IMG/VR virus record: IMGVR_UViG_3300044986_000857
DNA from: an uncultured virus (IMG/VR IMGVR_UViG_3300044986_000857)
Lineage: Duplodnaviria > Heunggongvirae > Uroviricota > Caudoviricetes
DNA length: 64,000 bases
Direction: 5' to 3' (one strand)
Below are positions 27,294 through 38,282 of this stretch, piece by piece (the first letter of the stretch is position 1; every line of letters begins with the position of its first letter). Below the pieces are notes generated by a model. It did no database searches. It was not told the origin of the DNA and saw only the letters and a list, made by a program, of their open reading frames with translations. Made by a program: the position numbers and the translations under genes.

Positions 27294-27947
27294 TCACTTC
27301 CCTTCCGGTTCGGGTTTCTTTGCGCGCGGCTTGCGCGGCTTCTTCGCGGGCGCGTCTGGCTCGGCAGCCGGCGTGGCCGGCTCTTCCGCCTTTGGCGCGA
27401 AGATTTCGTCGAGCGCCTTGTCGGCGTCGGAGGACAGCGTCACGCCCGGGATGCTTTCGCCGGGCTTGATGATGTTGATCTGCGGGCCGTTGATGATGTC
27501 GTCGACGGACAGCCGATCGGGTCGCTTGCCGCCCTTCTGGAACGGATCGGGCGGCGGATCGGGGATCTTCTCGCGCAGCGCCGCAATCTCTTGCAGCGTC
27601 ATCGGGTTGAACTCTTCAAACGTCGGGTCAAACTTCTGCCAGCCGTGCTCTGCAAGGCCGATCGCCCGGGCAACAAGCGCGAACAGGCCGGGCATCGGCC
27701 GACGCTCGTACCTGTTGCACTTGGTAGGAAACTCCTCGGAGACAAACTCCAACGGCCAGCCGGCCATGAGCGTGCAGGCTCGTTGCTTCTCTCCGTCCCG
27801 CATGGTATCGGCGTTGTTCGCAGCGAATTTCTGCATCACCGACCAGTAGTGCTTGCAAACGTAGCCGGTTTTCTCGCCGTTGCAGATGCACGGCGCGTTC
27901 ATCATCAAACTTCGCGCTTCTGCGCCGGGATCGTGAATGAGTGTCAT
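27294..27947 (-). CDS. Cys-containing hypothetical protein (possible zinc binding)
   Basis: CIC...CKHYW...C...C; first gene of the leftward arm. Confidence 0.7.
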   Translation of the reverse strand: MTLIHDPGAEARSLMMNAPCICNGEKTGYVCKHYWSVMQKFAANNADTMRDGEKQRACTLMAGWPLEFVSEEFPTKCNRYERRPMPGLFALVARAIGLAEHGWQKFDPTFEEFNPMTLQEIAALREKIPDPPPDPFQKGGKRPDRLSVDDIINGPQINIIKPGESIPGVTLSSDADKALDEIFAPKAEEPATPAAEPDAPAKKPRKPRAKKPEPEGK

Positions 27948-28602
27948 GGGTTCGCACCCTACTCTTGACCCGATAAGAATAACAACCCCTTATTCTAAAC
28001 CAAAATCTTTGACTTTTAGCCAAGCAAAAGGCAAGTCTAAAGCTAAAAATCAGCTTGATAAAGAGATACTTTGGAAGCTGATTGTAGCCGCCGACGGTCA
28101 CTTGGCGACCGTCGCGGGGGTCGTCGGAGTGCGCGAAAACGCGATCACGCAGCGTCTTTTGGGGCGCTACTTGGGCGCGCGGTGGCGCGCATGGAAGGCC
28201 GCGCAAAGCGAGATCCGCCGGAAAGGGAAGCAGAGGCGCGGCTGGTGGCGTTGGCGACTGCGCGGCATGGGCATTGACCCCTTGTCGCTCGATCCGTCGG
28301 ATCCGACGTGGCGCGCGTGTTTCGTCGCGCCGCGTGGCGCGGCCGTCCGCGACGCCGCCGCCGCGCTCCGGGCGGCCGGCGTCGACGTCCGCACGCCCGC
28401 CGGGATCCTCGCCGTCGTCGACGCCGTCGCCGCGCGCGTCGCCAACGACGCCGCCGCCTTGCGCCGCGTCGCGCCGGACGCGCCGCCGGGCGACGGTGGA
28501 CACCCGGTGGACAGTCCCGGGGCCGCCGCCGCGCACGGTGGACACCCGGTGGACAGTGCCGGGGCCGCCGCCGCGCACGGTGGACACCCGGTGGACACCT
28601 GA
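27937..28602 (+). CDS. Possible Fis-type HTH protein reading into the repeat array (start uncertain)
   Basis: EILWKLIVAADGHLATVAGVVGVRENAITQRL resembles a Fis HTH; the C-terminus is encoded by the repeats. Confidence 0.4.
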   Translation: MSVMGSHPTLDPIRITTPYSKPKSLTFSQAKGKSKAKNQLDKEILWKLIVAADGHLATVAGVVGVRENAITQRLLGRYLGARWRAWKAAQSEIRRKGKQRRGWWRWRLRGMGIDPLSLDPSDPTWRACFVAPRGAAVRDAAAALRAAGVDVRTPAGILAVVDAVAARVANDAAALRRVAPDAPPGDGGHPVDSPGAAAAHGGHPVDSAGAAAAHGGHPVDT

Positions 28603-28736
28603 CCGGGCCGCCGCCGCGCACGGTGGACACCCGGTGGACACCTGACCGGGCCGCCGCCGCGCACGGTGGACACTCGGTGGACAGTCCCGGGGCCGCCGCT
28701 GGCCCTCGTGGACACGCGGTGGACACGCGGTGGACG
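28494..28736. repeat. Tandem 42-43 bp repeats with paired GTGGACA boxes (candidate origin)
   Basis: Units start at 28494, 28536, 28578, 28621 and 28664, followed by a degenerate triple box; boxes within a unit are 11 bp apart. Confidence 0.9.
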
Positions 28737-28819
28737 CCGATTGCATCGGCATCACGCGCCCGGCTTTTCGCGGTCCCGGCGCTTTGCAACGCTGTTTCAG
28801 CCGGTGCGTGATGCCGATG

Positions 28820-28859
28820 GGATCCGGGCCGGATCCGGGGCGCGGATCCGGCCGGATCC
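28820..28859. repeat. Cluster of four GGATCC palindromes
   Basis: GGATCC at 28820, 28831, 28844 and 28854. Confidence 0.8.
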
Positions 28860-29071
28860 GGCCCCGTGCGGTGCGCCGCCGATACGGTAGAAAAGACGGC
28901 GAGACACCGCAAAACGCCGGAGATTCAAGGGGTTAGCCGGGCTTGCGCTTCGCGGTGGCGTATCGGGCGCGACCGTGCTACGGTACAGGTGCCCGGTGCC
29001 ACCGGCCGGGCCGGGCGACACCCGCCGCCCGCCACCCCCCGCCGCACCCGCCCGACCCGGAGACACCCGCC

Positions 29072-30361
<1,290 letters not shown>

Positions 30362-30387
30362 CCCCCGGCGCGTCGACGGCCGCCACC

Positions 30388-30443
30388 GTCGACGCGCCCG
30401 GCCCCGGTGCCGTGTCCCCCGGACGCGACACCCGGGCCGGGCG
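30388..30443. repeat. Early-region intergenic hairpin repeat
   Basis: GTCGACGCGCCCGGCCCCGGT...GCGACACCCGGGCCGGGC, closely matching 35969-36029. Confidence 0.75.
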
Positions 30444-30485
30444 ATCCCCGCCCGGCGACCCGCCACCCCCGACCCCGGAGCTACC

Positions 30486-31484
30486 ATGCCCGTCCTCGAC
30501 ACTCGCCCCGCCCACCTCGCCGCCGACCTGCACCTCGTGACGTGGGGCGCACCCGCCGGCTGTAGCTGGCCCGTCGCGACCGTCCGCGACCTCGCGACGG
30601 CGGCCGGGGCCGCCGCCCTCGCCGCGCAGCTGCCCGACGTCGTGACGCCCGTGGCCGCCCTCGGTCGCGCCGTCCGCGACGTGTGCCCGCCGCACCACCG
30701 ATGGATCCACGCCGGGACGTCGGAGGGACACAGCCGCTGGCTTTTTTGCGCCTCCGACGTCGACGACACCCGCGCCCGGATCGAGGGGTACGACGGAGTC
30801 GACGCCGCCCCCGACGGCACGCTGGCGATCGACGCGGGCGTGCCCGCCGCCGTCGCCGCCGCGCTGCGCGCCGCATACGACGCCGCGCGCGGCGTCGTCG
30901 ACGCCTCGCGCGTCAACGCCGCCGTCGCCCGCGTGCTCGCGTCGCGCGGCACCCGGAGCGTCAAGATCGCCCCCAACGGGTACCTCGTCGACGGCGTCGA
31001 CGCCGACGTGCGCGCCGCCGTCGACGCCGTCGCCCGGCTGGGCGGGCTCGCCGTGTGCCTCCCGATCCCCGCCGCCGCCGCGCCGACCCTCGCCGCGCCG
31101 GTCGCCCGCGCCGTCGCCGACGAGGCCCGCGCCGTGCTCGACGACGTCGCCGCCCTCGCCGCCCGGTGCCGCGCGTCTGCCGCCGGGGAGCCGGGCGCAC
31201 CGGACGTCCGCGCCGGGTCCGGCGAGACGGCCCGCCGGTCGCTCGACGAGGCGCGCGAGCGTCTCGCGGCGTGGCGGGATCGTCTGGGCGTGCAGCTGTC
31301 CGACGTGGATCGCGCCCTCCGAGAGTCCGGCGATGCCCTCGCCGTCGCGCTGCGCGCCGCCCTCGCCGCTCAGGACGGCCGCCGCGACGCCGCCGCCGGC
31401 CGCGCCCCGGCCGCCCTGCCCGATGGCGCGGTCGACGCCGCCGCCCGCCGCGCCGCCCGCCGCGCCGCCCGCGCCGCCGAGTAG
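30486..31484 (+). CDS. Hypothetical protein between the AAA+ and vWA genes
   Basis: GGAG RBS; Ala-rich; position typical of AAA+/vWA-associated accessory genes. Confidence 0.7.
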   Translation: MPVLDTRPAHLAADLHLVTWGAPAGCSWPVATVRDLATAAGAAALAAQLPDVVTPVAALGRAVRDVCPPHHRWIHAGTSEGHSRWLFCASDVDDTRARIEGYDGVDAAPDGTLAIDAGVPAAVAAALRAAYDAARGVVDASRVNAAVARVLASRGTRSVKIAPNGYLVDGVDADVRAAVDAVARLGGLAVCLPIPAAAAPTLAAPVARAVADEARAVLDDVAALAARCRASAAGEPGAPDVRAGSGETARRSLDEARERLAAWRDRLGVQLSDVDRALRESGDALAVALRAALAAQDGRRDAAAGRAPAALPDGAVDAAARRAARRAARAAE

Positions 31485-31536
31485 CGTCGACCGCTCGCCC
31501 CGCGCGCCCGATCCGATCGGGCGCGTCGGCGAGCGG

Positions 31537-31571
31537 TTGACGCCGCCCGCCTTGGCCGATAGGATCGGCCA
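31537..31571 (+). promoter_or_regulatory. Sigma70-type promoter with an overlapping palindromic operator
   Basis: TTGACG-N17-TAGGAT; TGGCCGAT-AGG-ATCGGCCA covers the -10; a second CCGAT-N3-ATCGG lies at 31508-31520. Confidence 0.75.
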
Positions 31572-31607
31572 CACCCGCCCGACACCCGCCACCCCGGAGG
31601 CCCGACC

Positions 31608-33203
31608 GTGACCCGCCCCCTACCCGCCACCCTCACCGAACCCGCGCCGTCGACGCGCGAGCGCAGCGCGTACGCGCGCGTGACCTACCCCGCCGCCCTC
31701 GCCGACCACGCCGCGCTCGTCGACGTCGCCAGCGACCCCGGCGAGGCCGCCGCGCTCGTCGCCGAGACGCACGCCGCCCTAGTCGACCCGGACGGCGGGC
31801 GCGACCTGCCCGCGCCGAGCGCGATCGGGGCCGCCGTCGCCCGCGCGCTGCGCGCCGCGCCCGAGTGGCAGGCCCTCGCCGACGTCGCCGCCGGCAGCCC
31901 CCGGATCGCCGCCGAGGCGACGGCGACGCTCGCGCCCGCGATCCGCGCCGCGCTCGTCCGCGCGCAAGCCGGCCGCACCGACGGACGCGGCGCGGGGCTG
32001 GCCCTCGCCGCCGCCCGCGCGCGGCTGGAGCGCGCCCGGGCCGCCGCCGCCGCCGCCCGCGCCGAGGCCGACGCCGCCGAGGCCGCCGCCGACGCCGTCG
32101 CCACTGACCCGGCCGCCGACGACGCCGCCCTCGACGCCGCCGAGGATGCCGCCGACGCCGCCCGGGCCGCCGCCGACGCCGCCGGGCGCGACGCCGCCGA
32201 CGCCGCCGACGCCGCCGACCGCGCGGGCGCGGCGTGTCAGGCGGCCGGGGCCGTCGCCGGCCGGATCGATGCGACCGCCGGCCCGGCCGTCGCCGCCGCC
32301 GTCGCCGCCGCCGCCCGGGTCGCGGGCGAGGCCGCCGCCGACCACGCCGCCCTCGCCGGGTGCGGGCTGGCCGCCGCGATGGGCGCGGACACCCCGGACG
32401 AGATCCCGGGCGACGTCGTCGACGCGCTGCGCGGGGCCGATCTGCGGGCGCTCCTGCGTCTCGTCGGCGCGCTGCGCGCCGCGCTGCGCGCCGGGCGCGC
32501 GACGCGGCACCTGCCCGGGCGCGACGGCGTCGTCGGTCGCGACGTCGGCGGGCTGGATCGGATCGCGGACCTCGCGCCGATGACCCGGGCCGCCCTCGCC
32601 GGGCACCTTGGCGGCGGGCTGGCATCGCTGGCCGCGCTGCGTCTCGTACAGGGCACGGCGGCGATCGTCGACCGTGGCGGCGGGCACGCGCACCGGGGTC
32701 ACGTCGCCGTCGTCGTCGACCTGTCCGGCAGCATGGAGGGTGCCCGCGCGACGTGGGCGCGAGCGCTGGCCCTCGCCGTCGTGCTGGAGGCCCGCGCCGA
32801 GCATCGCGCCGCCGCCGTCGTCACCTACTCCGGCACCGTGCGCGGAACGGCCCTCGCCGACACGCCCGCCGGCATGGCCGATGCCGTGCGGCTCTTGTGC
32901 GCGCCCGCCAGCGGCGGGACCGCGACCGGGGCCGCCCTCGCCGCCGCCCTCGCCGCGCTCCGCCAGCTGCCCCGCAGCGGCGACGCCGCCGACGTGCTCC
33001 TCGTGACCGATGGCGACTGGACCGCCGACGCCGTCGCCGGCTATCCCACCGCGCCCGGGTCGCCGCGCCTGCGGGTCGTCACCGTGGGCGGCGCGATGCC
33101 CCCGGACGTCTCGCCCGCCGTCGCCGAGGCGTGGACGGTCGACGTCGTCGAGGGGGCCGAGGGCGAGCGACACGCCGTGTCGATCGCCCGGGCCGTCGTC
33201 TGA
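31608..33203 (+). CDS. vWA (ViaA-like) domain protein
   Basis: MIDAS DLSGSM, GGT, LVTDG; GGAGG RBS. Confidence 0.85.
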   Translation: MTRPLPATLTEPAPSTRERSAYARVTYPAALADHAALVDVASDPGEAAALVAETHAALVDPDGGRDLPAPSAIGAAVARALRAAPEWQALADVAAGSPRIAAEATATLAPAIRAALVRAQAGRTDGRGAGLALAAARARLERARAAAAAARAEADAAEAAADAVATDPAADDAALDAAEDAADAARAAADAAGRDAADAADAADRAGAACQAAGAVAGRIDATAGPAVAAAVAAAARVAGEAAADHAALAGCGLAAAMGADTPDEIPGDVVDALRGADLRALLRLVGALRAALRAGRATRHLPGRDGVVGRDVGGLDRIADLAPMTRAALAGHLGGGLASLAALRLVQGTAAIVDRGGGHAHRGHVAVVVDLSGSMEGARATWARALALAVVLEARAEHRAAAVVTYSGTVRGTALADTPAGMADAVRLLCAPASGGTATGAALAAALAALRQLPRSGDAADVLLVTDGDWTADAVAGYPTAPGSPRLRVVTVGGAMPPDVSPAVAEAWTVDVVEGAEGERHAVSIARAVV

Positions 33204-33239
33204 CCCGCCCGGCCGGCGAGGGGCCGCCCCCTCGCCCGC

Positions 33240-33288
33240 CGCCGTCGTGCCCCGTCCGATTCACCCGATCGGATACGGCACGACGGCG
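33240..33288. repeat. Intergenic hairpin with a CCGATCGG core
   Basis: CGCCGTCGTGCC...GGCACGACGGCG stem enclosing TCCGAT...ATCGGATAC. Confidence 0.65.
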
Positions 33289-33332
33289 ACGGCAACCGCC
33301 GCCGCAGACCCGCAACGAAAGGACCGCCCGCC

Positions 33333-33670
<338 letters not shown>

Positions 33671-33671
<1 letters not shown>

Positions 33672-33748
33672 CCCCGCCGGGCGTTCTGCCCGGCCCCGGT
33701 GCCGCGTCCGATCCTATCGGATACGCCACCGGGGCCGCGCTCGACGAC
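33671..33748. repeat. Early-region intergenic repeat with CCGAT-CCT-ATCGG
   Basis: Nearly identical to 34731-34803. Confidence 0.85.
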
Positions 33749-33783
33749 CGAGCCGGCGAACCCGCAACGAAAGGACACCCGCC

Positions 33784-34089
33784 ATGCCTGACCCCGTCCC
33801 CGTTCCCGCCCCCGCCCCCGCCCGCGTCTGGCGCGTCGTCACGTCCAACGGCGCTTTCTGGCAGATCCACCACGTCGTCGCCGTCGACGAAGCCGCCGCC
33901 CGCGCGCTCGCCGAGAGCGAGCACGGCGCGAACGACCCACGCGCGCTCGCTGCCGAGGCGCGCGCCGCCGCCGAGATCGGAGAAGACCCCGCCGGGCGCT
34001 ACGCAGCACACCGCGTCGACGAAGTCGACGACGCCGATCCCGAAAACTTCCGCGCGGTTTCGTTCGTCGCCGCTGGCGGGGAGGGTTGA
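33784..34089 (+). CDS. Hypothetical protein
   Basis: AAAGGA RBS and ACCCGCCATG start context. Confidence 0.7.
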   Translation: MPDPVPVPAPAPARVWRVVTSNGAFWQIHHVVAVDEAAARALAESEHGANDPRALAAEARAAAEIGEDPAGRYAAHRVDEVDDADPENFRAVSFVAAGGEG

Positions 34090-34092
34090 TCA

Positions 34093-34326
34093 ATGCCGTA
34101 TCCTATCCCGCTCACAATCGAAGCCCTCGCCGTCGTCGAGGAAACCGGCCTGACCCCGCGCGAGATTGCCCGCGACGTCGCCGACGTTCGCGCCGGCTAC
34201 CTGACCCGCGCCGCCCTGCTCGCGCTCTGTCTCGACGGTGCCGAGGATGACCGCATCCCCGGCTGGCGTTCGTACGTCGCCGCCGTCGTCGCCGCCGCGA
34301 AGAGCGCGCGGCGGATCTGCGCTTGA
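34093..34326 (+). CDS. Hypothetical protein
   Basis: GGAGGG RBS; natural-looking ORF. Confidence 0.65.
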   Translation: MPYPIPLTIEALAVVEETGLTPREIARDVADVRAGYLTRAALLALCLDGAEDDRIPGWRSYVAAVVAAAKSARRICA

Positions 34327-34358
34327 CAACTGACACCGCGTGCCGATACTATCGGCAC
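34323..34358 (+). promoter_or_regulatory. Sigma70-type promoter with an overlapping palindromic operator
   Basis: TTGACA-N18-TACTAT; perfect GTGCCGATA-C-TATCGGCAC over the -10. Confidence 0.8.
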
Positions 34359-34403
34359 ACCCGCCCGCAACCCACAACCCGCCAACGAAAGAAAGAGGCC
34401 GCC

Positions 34404-34730
34404 ATGCTCGACAACAACAACACCGCCACCAACACCGACGCGCCGACCGTTGACCACATGGGCCGCCCGGTGCGCGTCGTCCGCGATTGCTTCCTCGTCG
34501 TGAAGGGCACCGCGCCGCGCTGCCGCAAGGTCGACACGCACATCGTCAAGATCGGGGACCGCCCCGTCGACGTCGACCCGGCTACCGTCATGCCCGAGGC
34601 GCGCGCCCACCTCGCCGCGTTCAAGAACGTGCAGCGCGCGAAGCTGTGCCTGCACTACACCGAGATCGGCGACGTGTTCCGCACCGTGCTGATTTTCGAT
34701 ACCCGCCACGTCGAGATCAACCTGCTGTGA
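34404..34730 (+). CDS. Hypothetical protein
   Basis: AGAGG RBS before ATG 34404. Confidence 0.7.
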   Translation: MLDNNNTATNTDAPTVDHMGRPVRVVRDCFLVVKGTAPRCRKVDTHIVKIGDRPVDVDPATVMPEARAHLAAFKNVQRAKLCLHYTEIGDVFRTVLIFDTRHVEINLL

Positions 34731-34803
34731 GCCCCGCCGGGCGTTCTGCCCGGCCCCGGTGCCGTGTCCGATCGGATACGCCACCGGGGCCGCGCTCGAC
34801 GAC
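34731..34803. repeat. Early-region intergenic repeat
   Basis: Copy of 33671-33748 with the core shortened to TCCGATCGGA. Confidence 0.85.
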
Positions 34804-34898
34804 GGCGACGTCAACGACGCGGCGACCCGCCGACAACCGCAACCCGCACCGGAGCACACCCGCCAATGTCCCGAGCACAACCCCACGGAGGATCCGCC

Positions 34899-35522
34899 GT
34901 GACCGACAAACACAAGGCCCTGTCGACGCTCTTTCGAGCGCTGGCCGAGCACACCAGCGACGACAAGAGCCGCCCGAGCCACCTTCACCACGTCCGCGTC
35001 TGGTGCGTCCCCGCGCCGACGCCGCCCGAGCCCGCCGACGGCGAGGCCGCCGCGCCCGCGCCGGTCAAACCCGATACGATCCGTTTCGAGGCCACCGACG
35101 GGCACGCGCTCGTTCGCGTCGACGTCCCCGCGACGTACTTTGACGACGTCGGGTTCACGCCGGACGGCTACTACAACCCCAAGAGCGCCGCCGCGCTGTT
35201 GAACGTCGGCAACGCGCCGATCGCCGTCGGCGACGCCGTCGCCGGGGAGTGGTACTGGCCGCACACCGATCAGGTCATTCCGGGCGAGACGCTGGCCCCG
35301 GGCGCGGCGTGCTGCTTCAACCCGGTCTTGCTTGGGTCCGTGTTGGACACGATCGCCAAGATCGCCCACGGCTTCGACACCAAAAAGATCGACCCGGTGC
35401 GCGTCCAGTTCGGGCAGGCGTCCGTCGACCCCTGCCGCATCACCCGCCGTCTCGTCGCGTGGTACGGCAGCGACCGCTTTGACGTCGACGTCGTCGCCGT
35501 CGTCATGCCCTGCCGTCTCTGA
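34899..35522 (+). CDS. DNA polymerase III beta-clamp-like protein (partial clamp)
   Basis: D.SRP..L..V, EATDGHAL, WP..DQVIP and FNP.LL resemble DnaN domains II-III; GGAGG RBS (alternative ATG at 34866). Confidence 0.6.
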   Translation: MTDKHKALSTLFRALAEHTSDDKSRPSHLHHVRVWCVPAPTPPEPADGEAAAPAPVKPDTIRFEATDGHALVRVDVPATYFDDVGFTPDGYYNPKSAAALLNVGNAPIAVGDAVAGEWYWPHTDQVIPGETLAPGAACCFNPVLLGSVLDTIAKIAHGFDTKKIDPVRVQFGQASVDPCRITRRLVAWYGSDRFDVDVVAVVMPCRL

Positions 35523-35567
35523 GTCTCGCCCGCAACCACAACCCGCCAACGAACGAAGGAGCACCCG

Positions 35568-35936
35568 ATGACCACCGCAATCGCAAAGATCACGAAGCCT
35601 GCGAAGAAGGCCACGAAGAAGCCCGCGAAGAAGGCCGCGAAGAAGGGCACGAAGATCGCCAAGCCCGCGAAGCCCGAGCCGACCGACGCCATGATTGACC
35701 GGGTCGTCGACCTCGTCGACGACGCGAACGACATGATCGCAGACCTTGACGAAGCATGCGCCGCCGACACCGTCGACGAATACAACGACGCCGTCGCGCA
35801 AGCGTCAAAGAAGCTCGCCCGGGTGATGCGCGGAATGGCCGCGCTCGCCGGCAAGCTGGACCCCGAGGCGTTCGCCGCCGCGCAAACGAAAGCGCGCCAG
35901 CTGCCCGTCCTTCGCGCGCCCGCCCTGCCGCAGTAG
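35568..35936 (+). CDS. Protein with a histone-like KPAKKA N-terminus
   Basis: AAGGAG RBS; KPAKKATKKPAKKAAKK. Confidence 0.75.
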   Translation: MTTAIAKITKPAKKATKKPAKKAAKKGTKIAKPAKPEPTDAMIDRVVDLVDDANDMIADLDEACAADTVDEYNDAVAQASKKLARVMRGMAALAGKLDPEAFAAAQTKARQLPVLRAPALPQ

Positions 35937-35968
35937 CCCCCGCCCGGCGCGTCGTCGTCAGCCGCGAC

Positions 35969-36029
35969 GTCGACGCGCCCGGCCCCGGTAGCGTGTCCGA
36001 TCCTATCGGATGCGACACCCGGGCCGGGC
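35969..36029. repeat. Early-region intergenic repeat with CCGAT-CCT-ATCGG
   Basis: GCCCGGCCC...GGGCCGGGC stem around the palindromic core at 35997-36009. Confidence 0.8.
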
Positions 36030-36059
36030 AACCCGCCCCGGCACGAAGGAGAACCCGCC

Positions 36060-36416
36060 ATGCCTCACACGTTCTGTTGTCTCTGCGGTGTGGAGACGCC
36101 CCGCGCCGCCGTCAGCGCCCCGCGCGTCTTCGCCGCGAACCTCTTGACCGTATGCCCGACGTGCGACGACCGCGAGACCGCGCGCCGCGCGTGCGTCTGC
36201 CGTGGGCACGGCTGGCTCGTCTCGACGTCGTCCGAGTACGGAACGACCATCGAGCGCTGCGACAGCTGCGCCGTGTTCGTCAACGACTTCGCCGCCGCTG
36301 CCACCGCGAAGGCCGCCGTGCGCGGCGACGCCGCGACCGATGACGCCGACGTCGTCGGCACGTCGGCGTGCGAAGCGTTCGTCAACGCAATCATGCACGA
36401 CCGGGGGATTCGATGA
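36060..36416 (+). CDS. Zinc-finger-like protein
   Basis: Several CxxC pairs; AAGGAG RBS. Confidence 0.7.
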   Translation: MPHTFCCLCGVETPRAAVSAPRVFAANLLTVCPTCDDRETARRACVCRGHGWLVSTSSEYGTTIERCDSCAVFVNDFAAAATAKAAVRGDAATDDADVVGTSACEAFVNAIMHDRGIR

Positions 36417-36667
36417 AAAAGTGGTTCTGGACCGAGCCCTTGCCCGGCACGTCGTTGTACCCGCACCACCGTCGATGGGATTGTCGACGTGCAATCATTG
36501 AAGCGTTGCGCTGGCGCGACAAGCCCGCCGAAGCGGCGTGGTGGCTAGGTCGCGCCGAGGCGTTCAATATGGTCATGTTCGACTGCGCCGATCCGCTCGC
36601 CGCCGCGTACGCGGCGCGGATCGAGAAGATCCGCCGCGCGATGGGCCGCGCCATGCTCAACCGCTGA
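36413..36667 (+). CDS. Hypothetical protein
   Basis: ATGA-coupled start. Confidence 0.65.
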   Translation: MKKWFWTEPLPGTSLYPHHRRWDCRRAIIEALRWRDKPAEAAWWLGRAEAFNMVMFDCADPLAAAYAARIEKIRRAMGRAMLNR

Positions 36668-36686
36668 CCCGCAAAGGAGACCCGCC

Positions 36687-37004
36687 ATGCCCCGACGACC
36701 CCGAGAACCCAAGCGCGTCGACAAACCCGCGCGCCTGCCGATCCGCGCGCTCGACCGTAACCGCAAGCCCCACACGTTCCGCCCCGGTGACACCGTGCGC
36801 GTGTTCCCCGAGATGGGGCCGGGCGGCCGGCACCCGCTCGACGTCGACGGGCAGGGCTTCTACGTCGACACCGTGCGCGCGACCTATCGCACCATGCTCG
36901 ACTGCACGACGGCGTTCGGAAAGCCGGTCGTGCGTCTGACCGAATGCGTCGTTCTCACGCAGTCGTCGTGGGCGCGCTGCGACCAGCTGGAGGCTGTCAA
37001 ATGA
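36687..37004 (+). CDS. Hypothetical protein
   Basis: AAGGAG RBS. Confidence 0.7.
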   Translation: MPRRPREPKRVDKPARLPIRALDRNRKPHTFRPGDTVRVFPEMGPGGRHPLDVDGQGFYVDTVRATYRTMLDCTTAFGKPVVRLTECVVLTQSSWARCDQLEAVK

Positions 37005-37333
37005 CCGACCCGCGCCGCATACGCGCCGCCGTCGTCGACGCTCTGCACGACCGCGACGCCGAGCACATCACGCCCGGCAACCTTGGAACGACGACTGCCC
37101 GGCTCGCCGGGCGCGCGGTTGCCGTCACCGTGACCGAGCGCGCCGACGAGTACGTCGCGCTCGACCTGCACCGCGACCCGGAAGCACCCGCGCCCGGGTG
37201 GCGGCCCCGCTTCCACGTCGTCGTCACGCTGGACGGTCAGCTGCACGCGACTGTTTCGTCTGACGACAACACCGTGGGCGCGCTCGCGTGCGCGCTCGAT
37301 GACGCCCTCGCTTCTGTGTCTGCTGCTACCTGA
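37001..37333 (+). CDS. Hypothetical protein
   Basis: GGAGG RBS and ATGA coupling. Confidence 0.65.
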   Translation: MTDPRRIRAAVVDALHDRDAEHITPGNLGTTTARLAGRAVAVTVTERADEYVALDLHRDPEAPAPGWRPRFHVVVTLDGQLHATVSSDDNTVGALACALDDALASVSAAT

Positions 37334-37359
37334 TACAATCCGCTGAAAGGAAACCACCA

Positions 37360-38010
37360 ATGACCTTCCTCGCTCCCATCCCGCTGCCCGTCAAAGCCCC
37401 GTCTCTCGACAGCTGGCAGGCGTTCGTCTCGTCGCACGTCGACACGTTCTTCGCCCGCAACTGCGCGAACGCGCAGTTCGACGGCGTCGTCTTGATGATG
37501 CTCCCCCTGCCCGACGCGCTCCCATTGATCGCCATCGAAGACGAGTACGACAACGAAGACACGCTGCTGCAACAGGTCGCCGCCGCCGCTGATGCGCTGG
37601 GCGACCTGACGTCGTTCGTTCCCGCGAACGACGCCGGGCACGTCGTCGTCGCGTGGCCCTACGTCTGCGCCAGCCGCGACCACCGCGCGTTCATCCACGA
37701 GCTTTTGCGCAGCGTCGCCGAGACGACCGGCGCGGTCGCGTGCGCGGTCGTGAACGAGTGCTGGCTGCGCACCGACCTGTCGGCTCCGTCGGGAACCGGC
37801 GAAGAAAACATCATGGCCCTCGTCGAGCGCGAAGGCCACGACACAATCGCGTGCGTGGCCCGCATCGAAGGCGGGCCGCGTTCGCGCACGCTCGCACCGT
37901 GGCGCGACTTGCCCGGCACGGCTACTGGACCGCTGGCAGGGAGTATCCTGCCCCGCGTTCCTCGTGGATTCACGCCCAAGATCAACGTCTCCACGGTGGG
38001 GGAGGCATGA
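37360..38010 (+). CDS. Hypothetical protein
   Basis: AAAGGA RBS. Confidence 0.75.
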   Translation: MTFLAPIPLPVKAPSLDSWQAFVSSHVDTFFARNCANAQFDGVVLMMLPLPDALPLIAIEDEYDNEDTLLQQVAAAADALGDLTSFVPANDAGHVVVAWPYVCASRDHRAFIHELLRSVAETTGAVACAVVNECWLRTDLSAPSGTGEENIMALVEREGHDTIACVARIEGGPRSRTLAPWRDLPGTATGPLAGSILPRVPRGFTPKINVSTVGEA

Positions 38011-38282
38011 CCGCCGTTGTGATCACCGCTGTTCCAACCGACGACGGCGACCGCATCGCCGGATACCGTGTGCTGAAAGCGTACGACGCCGACGACGGGC
38101 GCGTCGTGCTCGTCGACCGTCCGCAGTACGTCATGCGCTACGTCGTGGCGTATCAGCCGCGACACGCGCGCGGATGGGTCGATGGCGTGCTGCATGACGA
38201 ACTCGACGACGCGCTCGACACGTTCGTCGTGCGAACGAACCACTACGCCGCGCACAGGGGTTGCCGATGCCACGCAAGCTGA
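38007..38282 (+). CDS. Hypothetical protein
   Basis: GGAGG RBS and ATGA coupling. Confidence 0.65.
   Translation: MTAVVITAVPTDDGDRIAGYRVLKAYDADDGRVVLVDRPQYVMRYVVAYQPRHARGWVDGVLHDELDDALDTFVVRTNHYAAHRGCRCHAS

Noticed and set aside
28494..28736. CRISPR array
   Set aside because: The units are tandem with near-identical intervening DNA; there are no unique spacers and no cas operon.
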